This document shows, piece after piece, positions 11,466 through 24,424 of a stretch of DNA of 64,000 bases (position 1 is its first letter; each line of letters starts with the position of its first letter). A program made the translations under genes and the position numbers. This DNA comes from Utricularia gibba (taxonomy: Eukaryota > Plantae > Magnoliophyta): positions 1,798,001-1,862,000 of the forward strand of contig CM007990.1 of the NCBI GenBank assembly GCA_002189035.1. The letters are read 5' to 3'. The notes below the pieces were generated by a model, which was not told the DNA's origin, did not search any database, and was given only the letters and a program-made list of their open reading frames with translations.

Positions 11466-13759
11466 TATGTATATTTCCTTAAATAATAGATTAATTATAC
11501 CAATATTATTTACACATATATTTATTACACTTATATATTTATCTAAATAATGAATTGATTATTTACGTGTATATTCATCACACTCATTTTATATTATTAA
11601 ACTCCTTAAAATCAGCTATAAATATCATTATTCGTTCCTCAAATATCTCACTCCCCAATTTATATTTTTTTTTCCTTTTTACAATGTCAAATTCTAATTC
11701 ATTTGTAGAGGTGTAGATATTTTATAGAGAATACATAATAACATTAATTTACGATCATATAGGATATGATCGTTATGTGTTATGGTGTCTCTGACTGAAA
11801 AATTTTTTGAGTTTCGAGACAATTATATGGCAATTGCATATTATAGTTGACATATATACCACATATTTTTAAGTAGGGATATTCGTCCTATACTACACAA
11901 GTTCTATACAAAAGCTAATTACATTGTGTTTTCAAGATGATGCAATGTTACAATGTCTATTCTATTATAGTAATATTGGCTCTGGTGTTGACATTTTTGT
12001 GATATGTAAGCTGATAGTGAATTTTCAAGCATCCATATCCGATAATATTAAATCGCATTTCAACTTTCATATGTTCAGATCTTATAACTTATTAGAATAA
12101 AGTTTTTTTGATAATATCATTAACCTTTATAGTTTGCATATGTATAACTTTTCATAAATGTATACTAATTTAAGAGTGTAAATTTACTTTCTATACTGAT
12201 TACAAAAAATTCAATTTTTTTTGATTGATACAAGCACTCATATGATGGTCGTGATCTTTATAATTCAATGCTACCGACTTTCATGATCGATGAAAAATGT
12301 TAAAGATCAACTTCAATCCAACTAAGTTTGAAGGTGATTATAAGCATTAATCTTGTGTCAAAAAGTTATTTTTCAAATAAAAATATTGGACTCAGTTATT
12401 GGACCTTTTTATTTTTGTTTTTTCCTAATTGTGATCCATTGTTGTGTAACTAGATATGAGGTATATATATATTCTAAGAGGAACTCGTGATGTGTGACAT
12501 TTTTTCACCACTTTTATTGTTAAATATTGTGTTTTTATCTAATGTGAGGTCATAACTATTATTCATTTGTTATTGCTTTAAGTTTTTATCTTTGTTGCAT
12601 CAATATAAACAATTCTCAGCATCTATATATGTCATCTCAGTGATTTGGTACTCGAGAAATAATATGAGAAATATGGTCCAAGTGAGCATAACCATCTAAT
12701 GTGACATGACTGTATAGACTATCCAAAGGTTGTTGCAGTGTATAATATAGATATTATAAAACTATGTCATAGATTCACATTTTTAACGAAATCCAAAATT
12801 ATCTTATCTAAAATAACATAAAATATATTATATTAAAAGTAATACTATTTAACAAATAACTACACAAAATATGACTACTTCCCAAATCTTTATTAACTAA
12901 AATTAATTATTAGAATTTTTGCAATACTATATATTGGAAATTTAATAATGATAAATACTTTGGGTGGTAGATATTTAAAAAAATGAAAAAATTACATTAA
13001 ACTTTCAATAATTTGATAAACTTAATCATTATTTTTTAATATAAATTATGTACTTTATTTCCATAAATAAAATACATATCTAAATTTTTATATTTTAATT
13101 ATTTTATATTTCTTACTTTTTAAGTATAAAGCATAATTAAGAATTGCTCATATAATTATTTTAAATATTGAGTAATAATTATATAAAAATAGGAAATATT
13201 AAATTATTAAGAATTATATCAAAATTTTAATAATAAAGATAAAATTAAAAAATGGGTAGTTTTTTTTGTAAATTTCATAGATTATTGAGATAAAGAAACA
13301 TAAATACTCAAAATAAATTATCTACCCATGTCTTTTGAAAACCATTGGATAAATACTATTTTTTTATTTTCTAAATATTCCTAATTAAGATAAGAAAAAA
13401 ATAAAAAAGTTCCAAAATATTAATTCAATTATCAAAATTAGTCATAATCATATCTCGAGTTTCAAAATCCCACAACAATACCTTTAATTTATTGTATAAA
13501 TTTCTCTATTAAATATTATCATTATATCATTATATCCGACTCAAATGTTTTTGAAGATTTAAATTCATTAACTTCGATATGTGAACTATTTTAGTATTGA
13601 AGTATACATTATATAATTTTTTATAATTTAAGCATTACTTTTTAATATTTCATTAATATCATATTGTAATAAGCCATTAAATATTGTAATTCGTTTTTTA
13701 TATTTTAATGAATTTTGAAAATATTTTATATTTTAATTCCAAATGAATTTTTATCATTA

Positions 13760-13852
13760 ATTTATGTTTTATCTTGTTGATCAAAAGATTTATGTTTTAT
13801 CTTGTCGATCAAAAGATTTATGTTTTATCTTGTCGATCAAAAGATTTATGTT
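13760..13852. repeat. Tandem repeat, 28-bp unit x about 3.3
   Basis: atttatgttttatcttgt(t/c)gatcaaaag repeated with period 28 (ttt starts at 13761, 13789, 13817, 13845). Confidence 0.9.
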
Positions 13853-13939
13853 AAATATAAAAATTCGAAAATAATTTAAATAATTAAAAAAATTAGATTC
13901 AATTGAAAGTATTTTATAAAATAACAAAGAATGAGAACA

Positions 13940-15131
13940 TGATAACTTTGATCACAAAAAATGATTACTATGTTATCTTATAAGTGATTTTATGTCGTTC
14001 CAAAACATGTTATTCCATTACTCTTGAGTGTTGTTTTTACTTATCTTATACCTCACTTTCTCATTATTCTCAATTGATTTTACATCTTTAACACTAATTT
14101 GATCTTTTTAAAGAGAAAGTGTATTTTGTGGAATTTAAGGTACTTTTGGATCAATTTGAGAAGAAACAAGATTCACCAAATTATGGACTTGATGGGCCAC
14201 GAATCTCAGCCCAAAACTTGGTCAAACAATGAAGATTTGATCCAAGATTCGTGGATAAGATAGAGATATGAAGAAGATTTTCGAAGATTCGAATAAAAGA
14301 TTTGGATAGAAGATCTTATCCAAACCCATCGAATAAGCTCAATACGAAGACTTGGATCTACTCTCCTATAAATACCCAACCCTCTCAACCATTAAAGACA
14401 TCTTTGACCACTTTTTCTTTGAATCTTTTTTATTTTCGTGTCTATTTTCATGTTTGAGTCGAGTCTGCGCGTGTGGGCGCTTGCGGTTGAGGATCTACGG
14501 TGAAGCCTTGCTTATACAAGTCCGCGCATGTGATTGTTTTACTATGTTTTTTTATATTTAAATTAAGGTTTGATTCTGTTTTTCGTAAAGTTTTCTTTAT
14601 CACGTGCTCTTTAGTATCACATAACCCGAAAGGAATGTGATAGAATCAAAGGTTGGCTTCAAGTACTTAAGGAGAAGGGCTCAATCGGACATCGTTGATA
14701 AGACATATTCTGTCTAATCTGTCTGCGAGGTGTGAGGTATAGGGGTTAGATTTAGGTGTGGGGAAAACATGGGGTATCATAAGAGGTGAAATGGTTCTGG
14801 TGACGTGGTTGATTCAATAATCCCACAAAACAAGGGGCAGTGCTATAACGGTCAACGAGTAGCACTATTTTAGAATAACACCCCCAGAGCTTACGCAAGC
14901 AAGTCAGTTTTCAAGGTTTACACACATAAGTTTGGACGAGTTTTAAGTAAGATGAATATTGGATCCAATGCCACTTTTCTTATTATTTTTAAAACCAAAT
15001 CTTTCTTTTGTTTTCGTTCATTTTTCAGTCTTTGTTTGAAAAGAAAATTTCAATAATAATTCCCTGTGGATACAATCTTATTTTATTATTTCGACGGTCT
15101 CTATTCACTTGCAAAATTACCATCATTATCA
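13940..15131 (+). mobile_element. Athila-like (Gypsy) solo-LTR relic
   Basis: Starts TGATAAC, has a central CTATAAATACC TATA box, and ends ...ttccctgtggatacaatc...cacttgcaaaattaccatcattatca, which resembles recalled Athila LTR ends. No TSD found, so boundaries are approximate. Confidence 0.55.
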
Positions 15132-15892
15132 AATGTAAAAAAAATTCACTAAATTAAATAATGAGTTTTTCCATTTTTAATCTATAAATTATATTTGAAA
15201 TATTTAAAATAATTTAGTAGAATTATAAAAAAATCTAATACATAATTATTATCATTTTTAAAATTATAGATTTCATTTCAATAAATAATTAGAGAAAAAT
15301 ATTTATTTAATAAAACAGAATGTATAAGTTGAAAAATTAACTCTTGCCTAGTTGTCAAATAAAGAATTATTACCTCCCTTTACCTAATCCTTTTGATAAG
15401 ATAGTACAGAAAAGCAGTGCTTTAAAAATAGGTTAAATCAATTGAATCCTTTAATTATGATTTTGAGTGAAATATAATTATAAAATCATAATTTAATATA
15501 TCAAAATATTAAAAATATAGAAAATTAAAAATATGTTCATAAATAATTAATACAATTACATTAAAATATTTATTAAAATCATTTTAATTGTTCAATATAT
15601 TATTTAAATAATGTATAGTCTAAATACAAATGAATATTTTTTACCATCAATATTGCATATCTAAAATTATAATTATTAAGATTTCTACAATATATATATA
15701 TATATATATTTATATCAAATATTTATGATATCTCTCATATTTGCTATTAATTATCTACATAAGGAAAATATTAAAAAAAAAAAGTAAAAAAAAAAAGAAT
15801 TAGATCCAAACCATTAAAATATTGGTTCGAATCTAACAGGTTGAACCCATGGTTTTAAATTACTGTACAGAAGCGTACAATGTTTAGGTTAA

Positions 15893-18800
15893 TTAGATCT
15901 TGGAATAATCTTCCCATCCAATTTCCTCCAGCTTCTCTGCCTTCACAAGGACCTCATCTCTCCTGTCCTCCAAATACTGCGCTACTCTGCAAGCAGCAAC
16001 ACACATGCAAAGGAATTCAGACAATCCCCACAAACTCTCAGTTTGTGAAATTGCTGAAAGGCACAGCAGAGAAAAGGCTACACATAATTTCCATTCAAGA
16101 TTTTGTCATTCCCGAAGAGTGGAAATAAAGGTTGATTAAATATACCTGGCTTGCAAGGGAGCATCTGTAATTCCCAATAATCTTAAGGCCAAGAGGCCAG
16201 CATTTGTTGCATTGTTTATTGCCACGGTTGCAACTGGAACTCCTCTCGGCATCTTGAAAGAACAAAAGGGTAAGACAAACTCACCAAAATCATGTGCATA
16301 GAGAGTGAAGTGAAGAAATGGATGTGCTTTCTACGAAGTCGACAGCAATGTCTTCGAGACTTTATGGCTTTTGTCCAAAAACAAACAAGTATTTATAATA
16401 AACGATAAATCACCTGAACAATGGACAAGAGAGAGTCAAGGCCATCCAATGTGGATCCACGAACAGGAACACCAATAACTGGAAGAGGTGTCAAGGCTGC
16501 CACCATGCCTAGAAAACTAAAGTCGTGAACAAATGCTTGGTTATAGCTTTTGAAACGATGGTGATGATATGCAAGATCAAAACCTGGCAAGTGTGCGGCA
16601 CCCCCGCACCAGCGATGATAACCTGAAGCCCTCGTTCCCGAGCGGAAGATGCATAAGAAAACATTCCCTCAGGAGTCCGATGCGCTGACACTATTTTTAC
16701 CTTCAATGAAGCATTGGTAACGATCAGCATCATGTCATGATTTATTAACGATTTGTATATACACAGACCTCAATGGGCACATCAAACTCCTGTAAAATTT
16801 TAGCAGCATCCTTCATCACTGGAAGGTCTGAATCAGATCCCATGATGATTCCAACACATGGAATAGCTTCAATAAGAAGAAAGATTCATCTTTCAGAAAT
16901 CAATATAACCAAACTTACAAAAGATCTGAACAAAATTCTGATAGCAGATTATTAAGAAAATAAATTAAGAAATATCCGCTTGTAGAATCATCAATGTCCC
17001 ACTTCTCTTAGCCAAGTATTTATGTAACAGATATCTTTTTCGCACAACACCAATGCATGGTCCATATACAACTTACAGGCGGAAAATGTGATATGAACCA
17101 TTCATAAAAAGCAGCTACAAATAAGATAAATATCCCAGAAAACCCAGTTTAGCAAACAAGATTATAAGACAAAAGATAGGTAAGTAAAACTCAGGCATTC
17201 TTTTTTTCTAAACACATCATTTTACTTGGCACAAATCAAGCACATTCTACTAGAACAGAAGGAACATTAGGCCACTAAAAACAGATATTATCATTTATTC
17301 CCCATAAAAGAAAAACTTGGTACAATTACTGACATGCAGGATGATTATCTTTTGTTCCTCCTGCTAGCATGCATTTCAACCTGTCTTCTACAACGCCCAT
17401 GGAATGGCCAACAAGGGTTACATGCCCCATCTTTCTCTGTTTTCTCATCTCTGGTAAATCGAATAAAAATTGTGAATAGTTATGAACATACGCCTAAGCT
17501 AAATACCCTGTCAGGAGTAACCTACCTGGTTTGTCATACCAATGAATAGATGAGCCCGGAATCATCAATGCTCTTTCAATGAGCCGTCTAGACAGGAGAA
17601 ATCCAGGCTCTCCCTGTGCAATGAATGAGACGCATGGCATGTAAGAAAAATCACTAGAGCAACAGACTTAAGACTAGTTCCACAAATGCAATGTCACTCG
17701 TATGGATCGTAGGACTACTTTGTCTTAGAAATAATCAGAATGGCTGTTAGATCATGTCTCTTAAAAATATTTTAATATTTGATAAAGATAGGGAAGGACG
17801 TTTTGACTACAATAATGTAACCTTCCTTTAAATGCGATTTTCCACTAGCTTCAGGTGCCAAGTTAAGAAAGGTAATATATGCAAAGCACCGCTCACGCTT
17901 ATGGAGAAAAACATGCCTGTTCTTCTCCAAGTATATTGTACATTATAGAAGCTGGACTCTTCATTGATGGATCACCAAGGGGAAGCCCAACTATAGCCCG
18001 TAAATGTTGCTCAAATTGAGACGTGAAGCAAGCCTCGATTGTATGATGACCACTATTATGAGGTCTAGGTGCCACCTCATTCACTAGGACCTGAACAGAG
18101 CAAAGTAATGTATATATAAGATCTACATGTTCAAAAATGACAACCACGTGAATTATCTGAAACCTGAAACTCATTCATTTAACCTGATCATCAGCAGTCA
18201 AGAACAGCTCAACTGCAAATACACCAGCACCTTCCAATGAACCAACAGCCTTGTGTGCAACATCAGTAGCAATATTTTGGATTTTCCATGAAACACTGGC
18301 TGGTGATTTGACTATATGGCATATGTTTTCCCTACATTCCGTGGAAAAAAATATTATTTACAATGACAGGTGAATTAACACATCATCCAGGATCCACAAA
18401 AAACAACTTGAATAAGGCCGCATTTTTATTCACTGTAGGAATATAAAACAGGTCCTAGATTCTTATTCCTAAAATCAAGCTAGCCTATAAAGATGATAAA
18501 AAAACACTAAAGATCAACTACCTGTGTATAGTTTCAACAACAGGGTAGCATGCCACAGTGCCATCCCTTCCTCTAGCAACAATCACAGCAACCTCCTGAG
18601 AGAAGACATATAGCATGCAAACAGTAAGTGCCAAGAACATAAACTGTCTATCACAAGATAACACACATATAACACCTATGTATAACATTCAATGAAAAAA
18701 AAAGTTTCCAGATCAACAGCGCCCAATACATAAAAAAAAATGGTTTATATGCAAGTTTTGTAAAGCAACACAAATAATTTGAAAGTTACCTATCTATCAT

Positions 18801-20737
18801 TTACAAAAACCATTAAATCAATGCTTTAGGATAGTAATATGCACTATCCATTTATACTTAAAATGAAACTATAAATATTTCTCTGCAGAGGTACGTAAAA
18901 TGACAGAAACACACCTTTACAAATGGTACGCATTGTTCTGCGTATAAACCACGTGAATAACCTCCCAAAGCTACAAAAAAAGAAAATTTGTTAGTTGGAG
19001 TAAATATTCTAGGATATCATTACACTGAATCAGATATGTAAACCTCAAATTATCTTCAAAACACAATAATCCCTTCTTTTTCAAACCAATTTCAGCATTA
19101 TTAAACCACACGTGTCTGTAAGATTAAAATAAGAACAATAAACCTGGATCTAGACAGTGAGCATTATCAGGAAAAATAAAGACAAAAGAAATGGTTCATA
19201 TTGATAGTTTCATATTTATAGCTACTCTAACATTTGATATATTCAAAGCATATGCATTTAGAGACATATGCATTTAGAAGCATATGCATATCATCAAAGG
19301 AATCACGTGAATAATTTTCTGCAGCAAAAAAATTTCAATATATTCAAGCATGAATTACTTGAAAATATTATCCGAAAAGTCATAAAATCAAGAGAAAAAC
19401 CATGCGCCCATATCATATCAAAATGAAATCTACCATTAACTGCTACGGAGATATCATTTTCAGTTTTTGCAACAGCATTTCCCCGTCCATCATAGGCCAA
19501 CTTTTTGCTCTTTATCATAAGAGGATAACCCAGTATCTCCCCGGCGCTTTTAGCACCTTCAAAATCATTTATCTGTCACAGACATTTCCATCAGGATTAC
19601 ACTGCTAATCAAATGCGGCAACAACTCACAAGTACGAATGTATTTCATTACCTCCATGAATTTAGGAAGAGGGATATTGTGCTGAGAAAAATGAAGCTTC
19701 TGCATGTGCTTATCCTGCCATGAGCAGATTTTACATGTCAAAAATGCAAGTGGTAAACTCTAAAGGTATCATCTGCCTGCATTCTTTGACAGTAAGTACC
19801 AAATCTAAGGGAAAGAACCTGTGAAAAATTATATGAAGATATGTCGCAAGTGAATTGGTAAAGCTTTTGAATTTTTTTTAAAAATCTTCTCAAGAACATT
19901 GGTGTACTGTGAATTGCAATAAGAACAGCAGACTATTGCTGCAACATATAACACATATTAGGCATAATGAAAACAGATAAATGAGACAGAAAAAACCTGG
20001 ATTATTCTTATCGTTGAAGCTTTAGGTTGGCAATCCACCCCTTGCTTTTCAAGCTTCTCAAGAGTTGCAGCATCAACATGCTCGATTTCAACAGTTAACA
20101 CGTTACACCTACAAAATCATCACACTAAATCACAAAAACTTTTCCTAATAAAAGATTGACATGCAACATCTTTCCTACCTTCTCGAAAACTCTTCCACAG
20201 TGCCACTATCGTCATAACTCCCTACCATGTGATATTGACAAAGTTTACTCGCTGGGCAATTTTCCATTGGATCCAAAATAACTACCTTCATTGCCATCTG
20301 GGATGCAGCTTCACATAACATGCGCCCAAGTTGGCCTCCACCAAGAACACCTACAACTGTTTCTGACACTCCATGGACCGATGATTCACCTCCACTGTTA
20401 AACATTTTAATCATATTTCAGTCCCACAATGAACCATTTGAGAGATCATAATAGAAATACAAGCATTCCAAAACTAAATGATGGTGCATATCCAAAACAA
20501 AAAAAGAATAATATAATAAACTCCATACCTGAGAGCTAGAGATTCTGGCTTCACTGAAGCGCTGGAGCGAGTTTGATGAACCTTTAGTGAAGCATTCGTA
20601 AAAGAATTCTCATGCTGGCTCATCGAGAGCAGTGAACTTTTGGAGTGTGGAATCTTGTTGTGTGCGAAAAAACCAAAGGGTTGTCTGGACGAAGAAATTG
20701 GCAAAAAACCTTGAGAAATCTCCCTCACGCTCTGCAT
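15893..20737 (-). CDS. ADE2: Phosphoribosylaminoimidazole carboxylase (fused PurK-PurE, plastid-targeted); carries an apparent 1-nt frameshift at 16601-16605
   Basis: Transit-peptide-like N-terminus, then [119 protein letters not shown]. All exons join in frame except the exon at 16584-16700 (117 nt where 118 is needed). Confidence 0.93.
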
Positions 20738-21118
20738 CGTCCAAAGAAAGATATACTCTACTACTGCGTATCACGTCCAAAGACATTACGTAAGTAGTAT
20801 TCTCTATTTACAGGTAGAGATTCGAGCAACTATCCGGTAATACACAAGAAACAGGGAATCGGTTTTCACTACAAGAGCAATGACTACAAGAAGAATACAC
20901 AACGACTACAAATAGTTGAATACACAAACAAAACAGGGCATCGGTTTTCACCAACAACCGGCGGTCCTGTGTGGGCATACCTCGACAAGGCCGAAGTTTT
21001 CGAAGCTCGGAAAAAGGAGATAAACTGAACTGAAACTACTGGAGCGCAGAGGCAGGGAACAAATCAGGGATTGTTGATCCGGCAGCCAGAACCGCGCGGA
21101 AACAGAATACAAACCTAA

Positions 21119-21166
21119 TGGGCTCAACTTTTAGATAAAGGCCCATTTTGAATTTGTTAATGGGCT
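21119..21166. promoter_or_regulatory. Cluster of three site II (TGGGCY) elements in a bidirectional promoter
   Basis: TGGGCT at 21119-21124, GGCCCA at 21140-21145 and TGGGCT at 21161-21166, between the divergent AIR carboxylase and SSB genes. Confidence 0.7.
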
Positions 21167-21266
21167 GACAGGAGAATAAAGTTCAATTTGAGCAAATACA
21201 AAGCCTTAATTTTCTTCATCAAAAGGTTATGCTCCGTTTCTAGGGATTTCGGAGTTTTCACGGTCC

Positions 21267-21917
21267 ATGGCTGCCGCGCTGTCGAGAAGATTGTTCGCTT
21301 CCGCTGGTTCTACATTTCGAAATGCTTTTGCCGCTTCACGCGCCTCCGCTGCCCCGTTCTGTTCCTCGGCTGACTATCCAGAGTTGGACTCCGATGCGGA
21401 GTCGACGGGGATTCCCGATGATTCTACCCAGAGTCAGCAACGCTTCATGGGTGATCGCACCCTTGAAAATGGCATTGATCTCGGAATCTACAAAGCCATC
21501 CTCGTTGGGCAGCTCGGTCAAGCCCCTATACAGAAGCGGCTCAGGAGTGGGAAAACTGTTACCCTGATTTCACTGGGGACAGGGGGGATCCGAAACAATA
21601 GGAGGCCCCTGGACAGCGAGGATCCGAAGGAGTACGCTAATCGATGTGCTGTGCAATGGCATAGAGTGTCAGTTTATCCAGAGAAGTTGGGGGAGTTGGC
21701 CGCAAAGAATCTTGAAGCTGGGTCGATTTTGTACGTTGAAGGGAACCTAGAGACGAAGATTTTCAATGATCCCATAACCGGCCTGGTTCGGAGAATCCGT
21801 GAGGTTTCTGTGAGGCGAAATGGGAGGATTCTGTTGCTGGCGAACGCGGCCCACCATGTAGCGGAGCAGTTCAATAGAGCTGATGTTAGTGGTGTTGGTG
21901 GTGTTGGTTATTTTTGA
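21267..21917 (+). CDS. MTSSB: Mitochondrial single-stranded DNA-binding protein (SSB1/mtSSB-like), intronless, 216 aa
   Basis: R/S/A-rich presequence; OB-fold motifs GIYKAILVGQLGQAPIQKRLRSG, LGTGGIRNNRRP, VQWHRVSVYPEKLG, LYVEGNLETKIFNDPITGLVRRIREV; C-terminus GVGYF. Confidence 0.92.
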   Translation: MAAALSRRLFASAGSTFRNAFAASRASAAPFCSSADYPELDSDAESTGIPDDSTQSQQRFMGDRTLENGIDLGIYKAILVGQLGQAPIQKRLRSGKTVTLISLGTGGIRNNRRPLDSEDPKEYANRCAVQWHRVSVYPEKLGELAAKNLEAGSILYVEGNLETKIFNDPITGLVRRIREVSVRRNGRILLLANAAHHVAEQFNRADVSGVGGVGYF

Positions 21918-22470
21918 AGGTGTGTTATTTTTCCCAACGCCTGATCACAATGGGGAGGAACCTAATGTACTCCAACTGATCATTTTAGTGCTGGTGTTGT
22001 TTATGAAAGCTTTCAAGAAGTTTTGCTGCACTTTGGTCTGGTAACAAGGGAATCATCTATATATCCGTCAGCCATTTATTGTGCTAAAGTCTGCTTAATG
22101 TACTGAAATACTTCATTCAAGTGTTGCTCATGAAGGCATTGGCAGTAAATGAAGTGTTTGCAAAAGAATTTCAGGTTGATAAGCAGAATGGAACCCTGGA
22201 CTTGCTAGTTCTAGCTCCCATGTATGTTTTCTGAGTGAGCTATGGGTTGCCAGTTCCAATCCAAACTCGAGGTGGATTTTGATAAGCACATTTTTCTCAT
22301 TCGCATGAGCTTTATCAACACCAACACACAAGAATGAATCACAGGGATATCTAACTGCGTAATCCGATCTCCAATCAATGCTACAAAAGCAGATATTAGA
22401 CGACATACACGTTTCATGCTTACAGTGTGGGTGGGCTATTGCATAAACATTAGTCAGTACTGTTGGTATC

Positions 22471-24424
22471 TTACATCTGAGACTCACGCTTTGGCCTAAC
22501 TCGCCTCCCCGTGGTGTCTCCACCATCTGTGAGCTGCGCCCAAACGCTCCTGGACTTGCCGCCACCGCTGCTGGAATTATCATCACAACTGGCTACAGCT
22601 TTTAGTAGCTCTGACTGGAGAGCTGGGCAGTTTTCTTTTAGATATTCGAAACCATCAGAACGCATTACGGCTGCATTATGGGCCAAAAAAAGGAATATCA
22701 ACAATGAAATATTGGAACTCGATTCTCCAAACGCGAAAACAGCATGATCATTGAAAGTTTTACTGAAATCCATTGGCTAGTTCCAGCTCTAGAAAACAAT
22801 GGCTTGAAGCTGCTAAAGTACAAAATAAAGGTACCAAACAGAGTATATAAATAGATCACAGGAAAACCTATATCAATGTGACATAACTAACAAAACCAAG
22901 ATCTTATGATTATCACATTCAGACTACACCATCCCAAAGAACAAAAATGAGACGTCAACAATAAAAGCCTGTTCTTTTCACATTTTTGAATAGAAAATGA
23001 AAATTTTAATTTCAGCGTATTCCACATTTTATCCAAAACAAAAGTATTCTTGAAATCTAAGTAAGATAAGGTTTCAGACCTGCCAGGTTCTCAGCAGCAA
23101 ATCTAAGACAAACAGCCTTTAGTTCTGTTGCATGACAGCGATCTGCCAACGCAAGTATTTGGCCCACGGTGTTAACAGTTATATCCTTACAGAGCTGAAA
23201 TTCACATAGTCTCACTAGTCTCCCTAAATCATATTGGTCTGCCGCTTCGAGCAACTTTGCAGCTAATGTGTCAGTTACAAACGGAGTGGAGGAAGAAGAT
23301 GACACTGTTAACTCTTCATCTAAGAAGGCATCTCTGTATATAAAGTGTAGCATAGCCTGCCAATCATCACGAATAATACACCAATTATGCATTTGTAAAC
23401 AAGATTTACACTATAACGCAAAGAGAACAAAGTAAACCATAGCACACCAAGGTATCAATGGTAAAACATAAGTCACAAACCTTAAAGACTTTAGGTTCCA
23501 TATCTGATACCACAATCTCTTGATCATCACTACTTGCTCTGCTAAAAAAATGGGATCGGAATTTTGGGGATCGAGCTGCCAATACTAACTTATGGGCATG
23601 GAATTTCTCGCCAGACACATTAAATACTAAATCAGAACCCTGCATATTTTCCAGTAGCATACCAATATGTGACCCAATATCCGATTCAGGGATCTGAATA
23701 GAGTATAACCTTGAGCAATCAACATCAGACACAACTACTCCCAATGTACAGTTGATCTTCAAGCAATCATCTTTAAGATAATCAGAAGCCTCAAGCTGGT
23801 TTCTCCTGAAAAATCTCTTGTATCCCCTGTAATAACGACGCCCAAATCAAGAAGGTGTTCGACATATTATATACATATAAAATTGTACAGTCAAGGAAAA
23901 CGGATCCCAATAATCCGTGGTCTGACGAGCGTCAATATCTAGAAATGGTGTCATTAGACCACAAAATTCATTGTAAAGTAGAATTCTTTCAATGATTCAA
24001 GAGTTGGTGATTGATATACTAACCACATGCTGCCTCTGTACTTGAGCGTATAGGGGCCGCTCTCGAGGGACCGATCAAAATGGCTATGCACTTTATGATT
24101 CCCCTTCCCGCTCTGGTCAACAAGGGTCAGTTCAAATAACGCCCTAACATCCACCCCATCGCTGGCCAACGCAATGAAAACCGAAACATAGGCAGAATTA
24201 TCCTCTGGGTTTTTACCATCAGGGTAAAAATAAATCGCCCATTTATAGCCTCCCACCGTGAACTCGTCGCTCGCTATATGTTTGCTGACGCCCATTCCTT
24301 TAGCCAAAGAGTAGCCCTGAATCACGAAGCGATGCGATACATTTATCGTCTGCGTGACCGACCGCGAGCTCGTCGGCTCGATAAGCCGATCAGGCGTCGC
24401 CTTTTTCTTCGGCGATTCAATCAT
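22471..24424 (-). CDS. BPM: BTB/POZ-MATH domain protein (BPM4/5-like CUL3 substrate adaptor), 4 exons
   Basis: MATH domain [16 protein letters not shown]...[11 protein letters not shown]...[20 protein letters not shown]; BTB domain [26 protein letters not shown]; BACK-like region [10 protein letters not shown]...; C-terminus [18 protein letters not shown]. Splice phases are consistent. Confidence 0.95.

Noticed and set aside
11690-12800. Possible highly decayed transposase-like sequence
   Set aside because: Too degenerate to assign a family by eye; no motif is securely recognisable.
15824-15833. GGTTCGAATC tRNA T-loop-like motif
   Set aside because: No acceptor, D or anticodon arms; the upstream sequence is a poly-A/AT tract. 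The similar motif near 28682 lies within LARP coding sequence.
21918-22470. Possible overlapping 3' UTRs (cis-NAT) of the convergent SSB and BPM genes
   Set aside because: A 550-bp gap is compatible with non-overlapping ends; this cannot be judged without transcript data.
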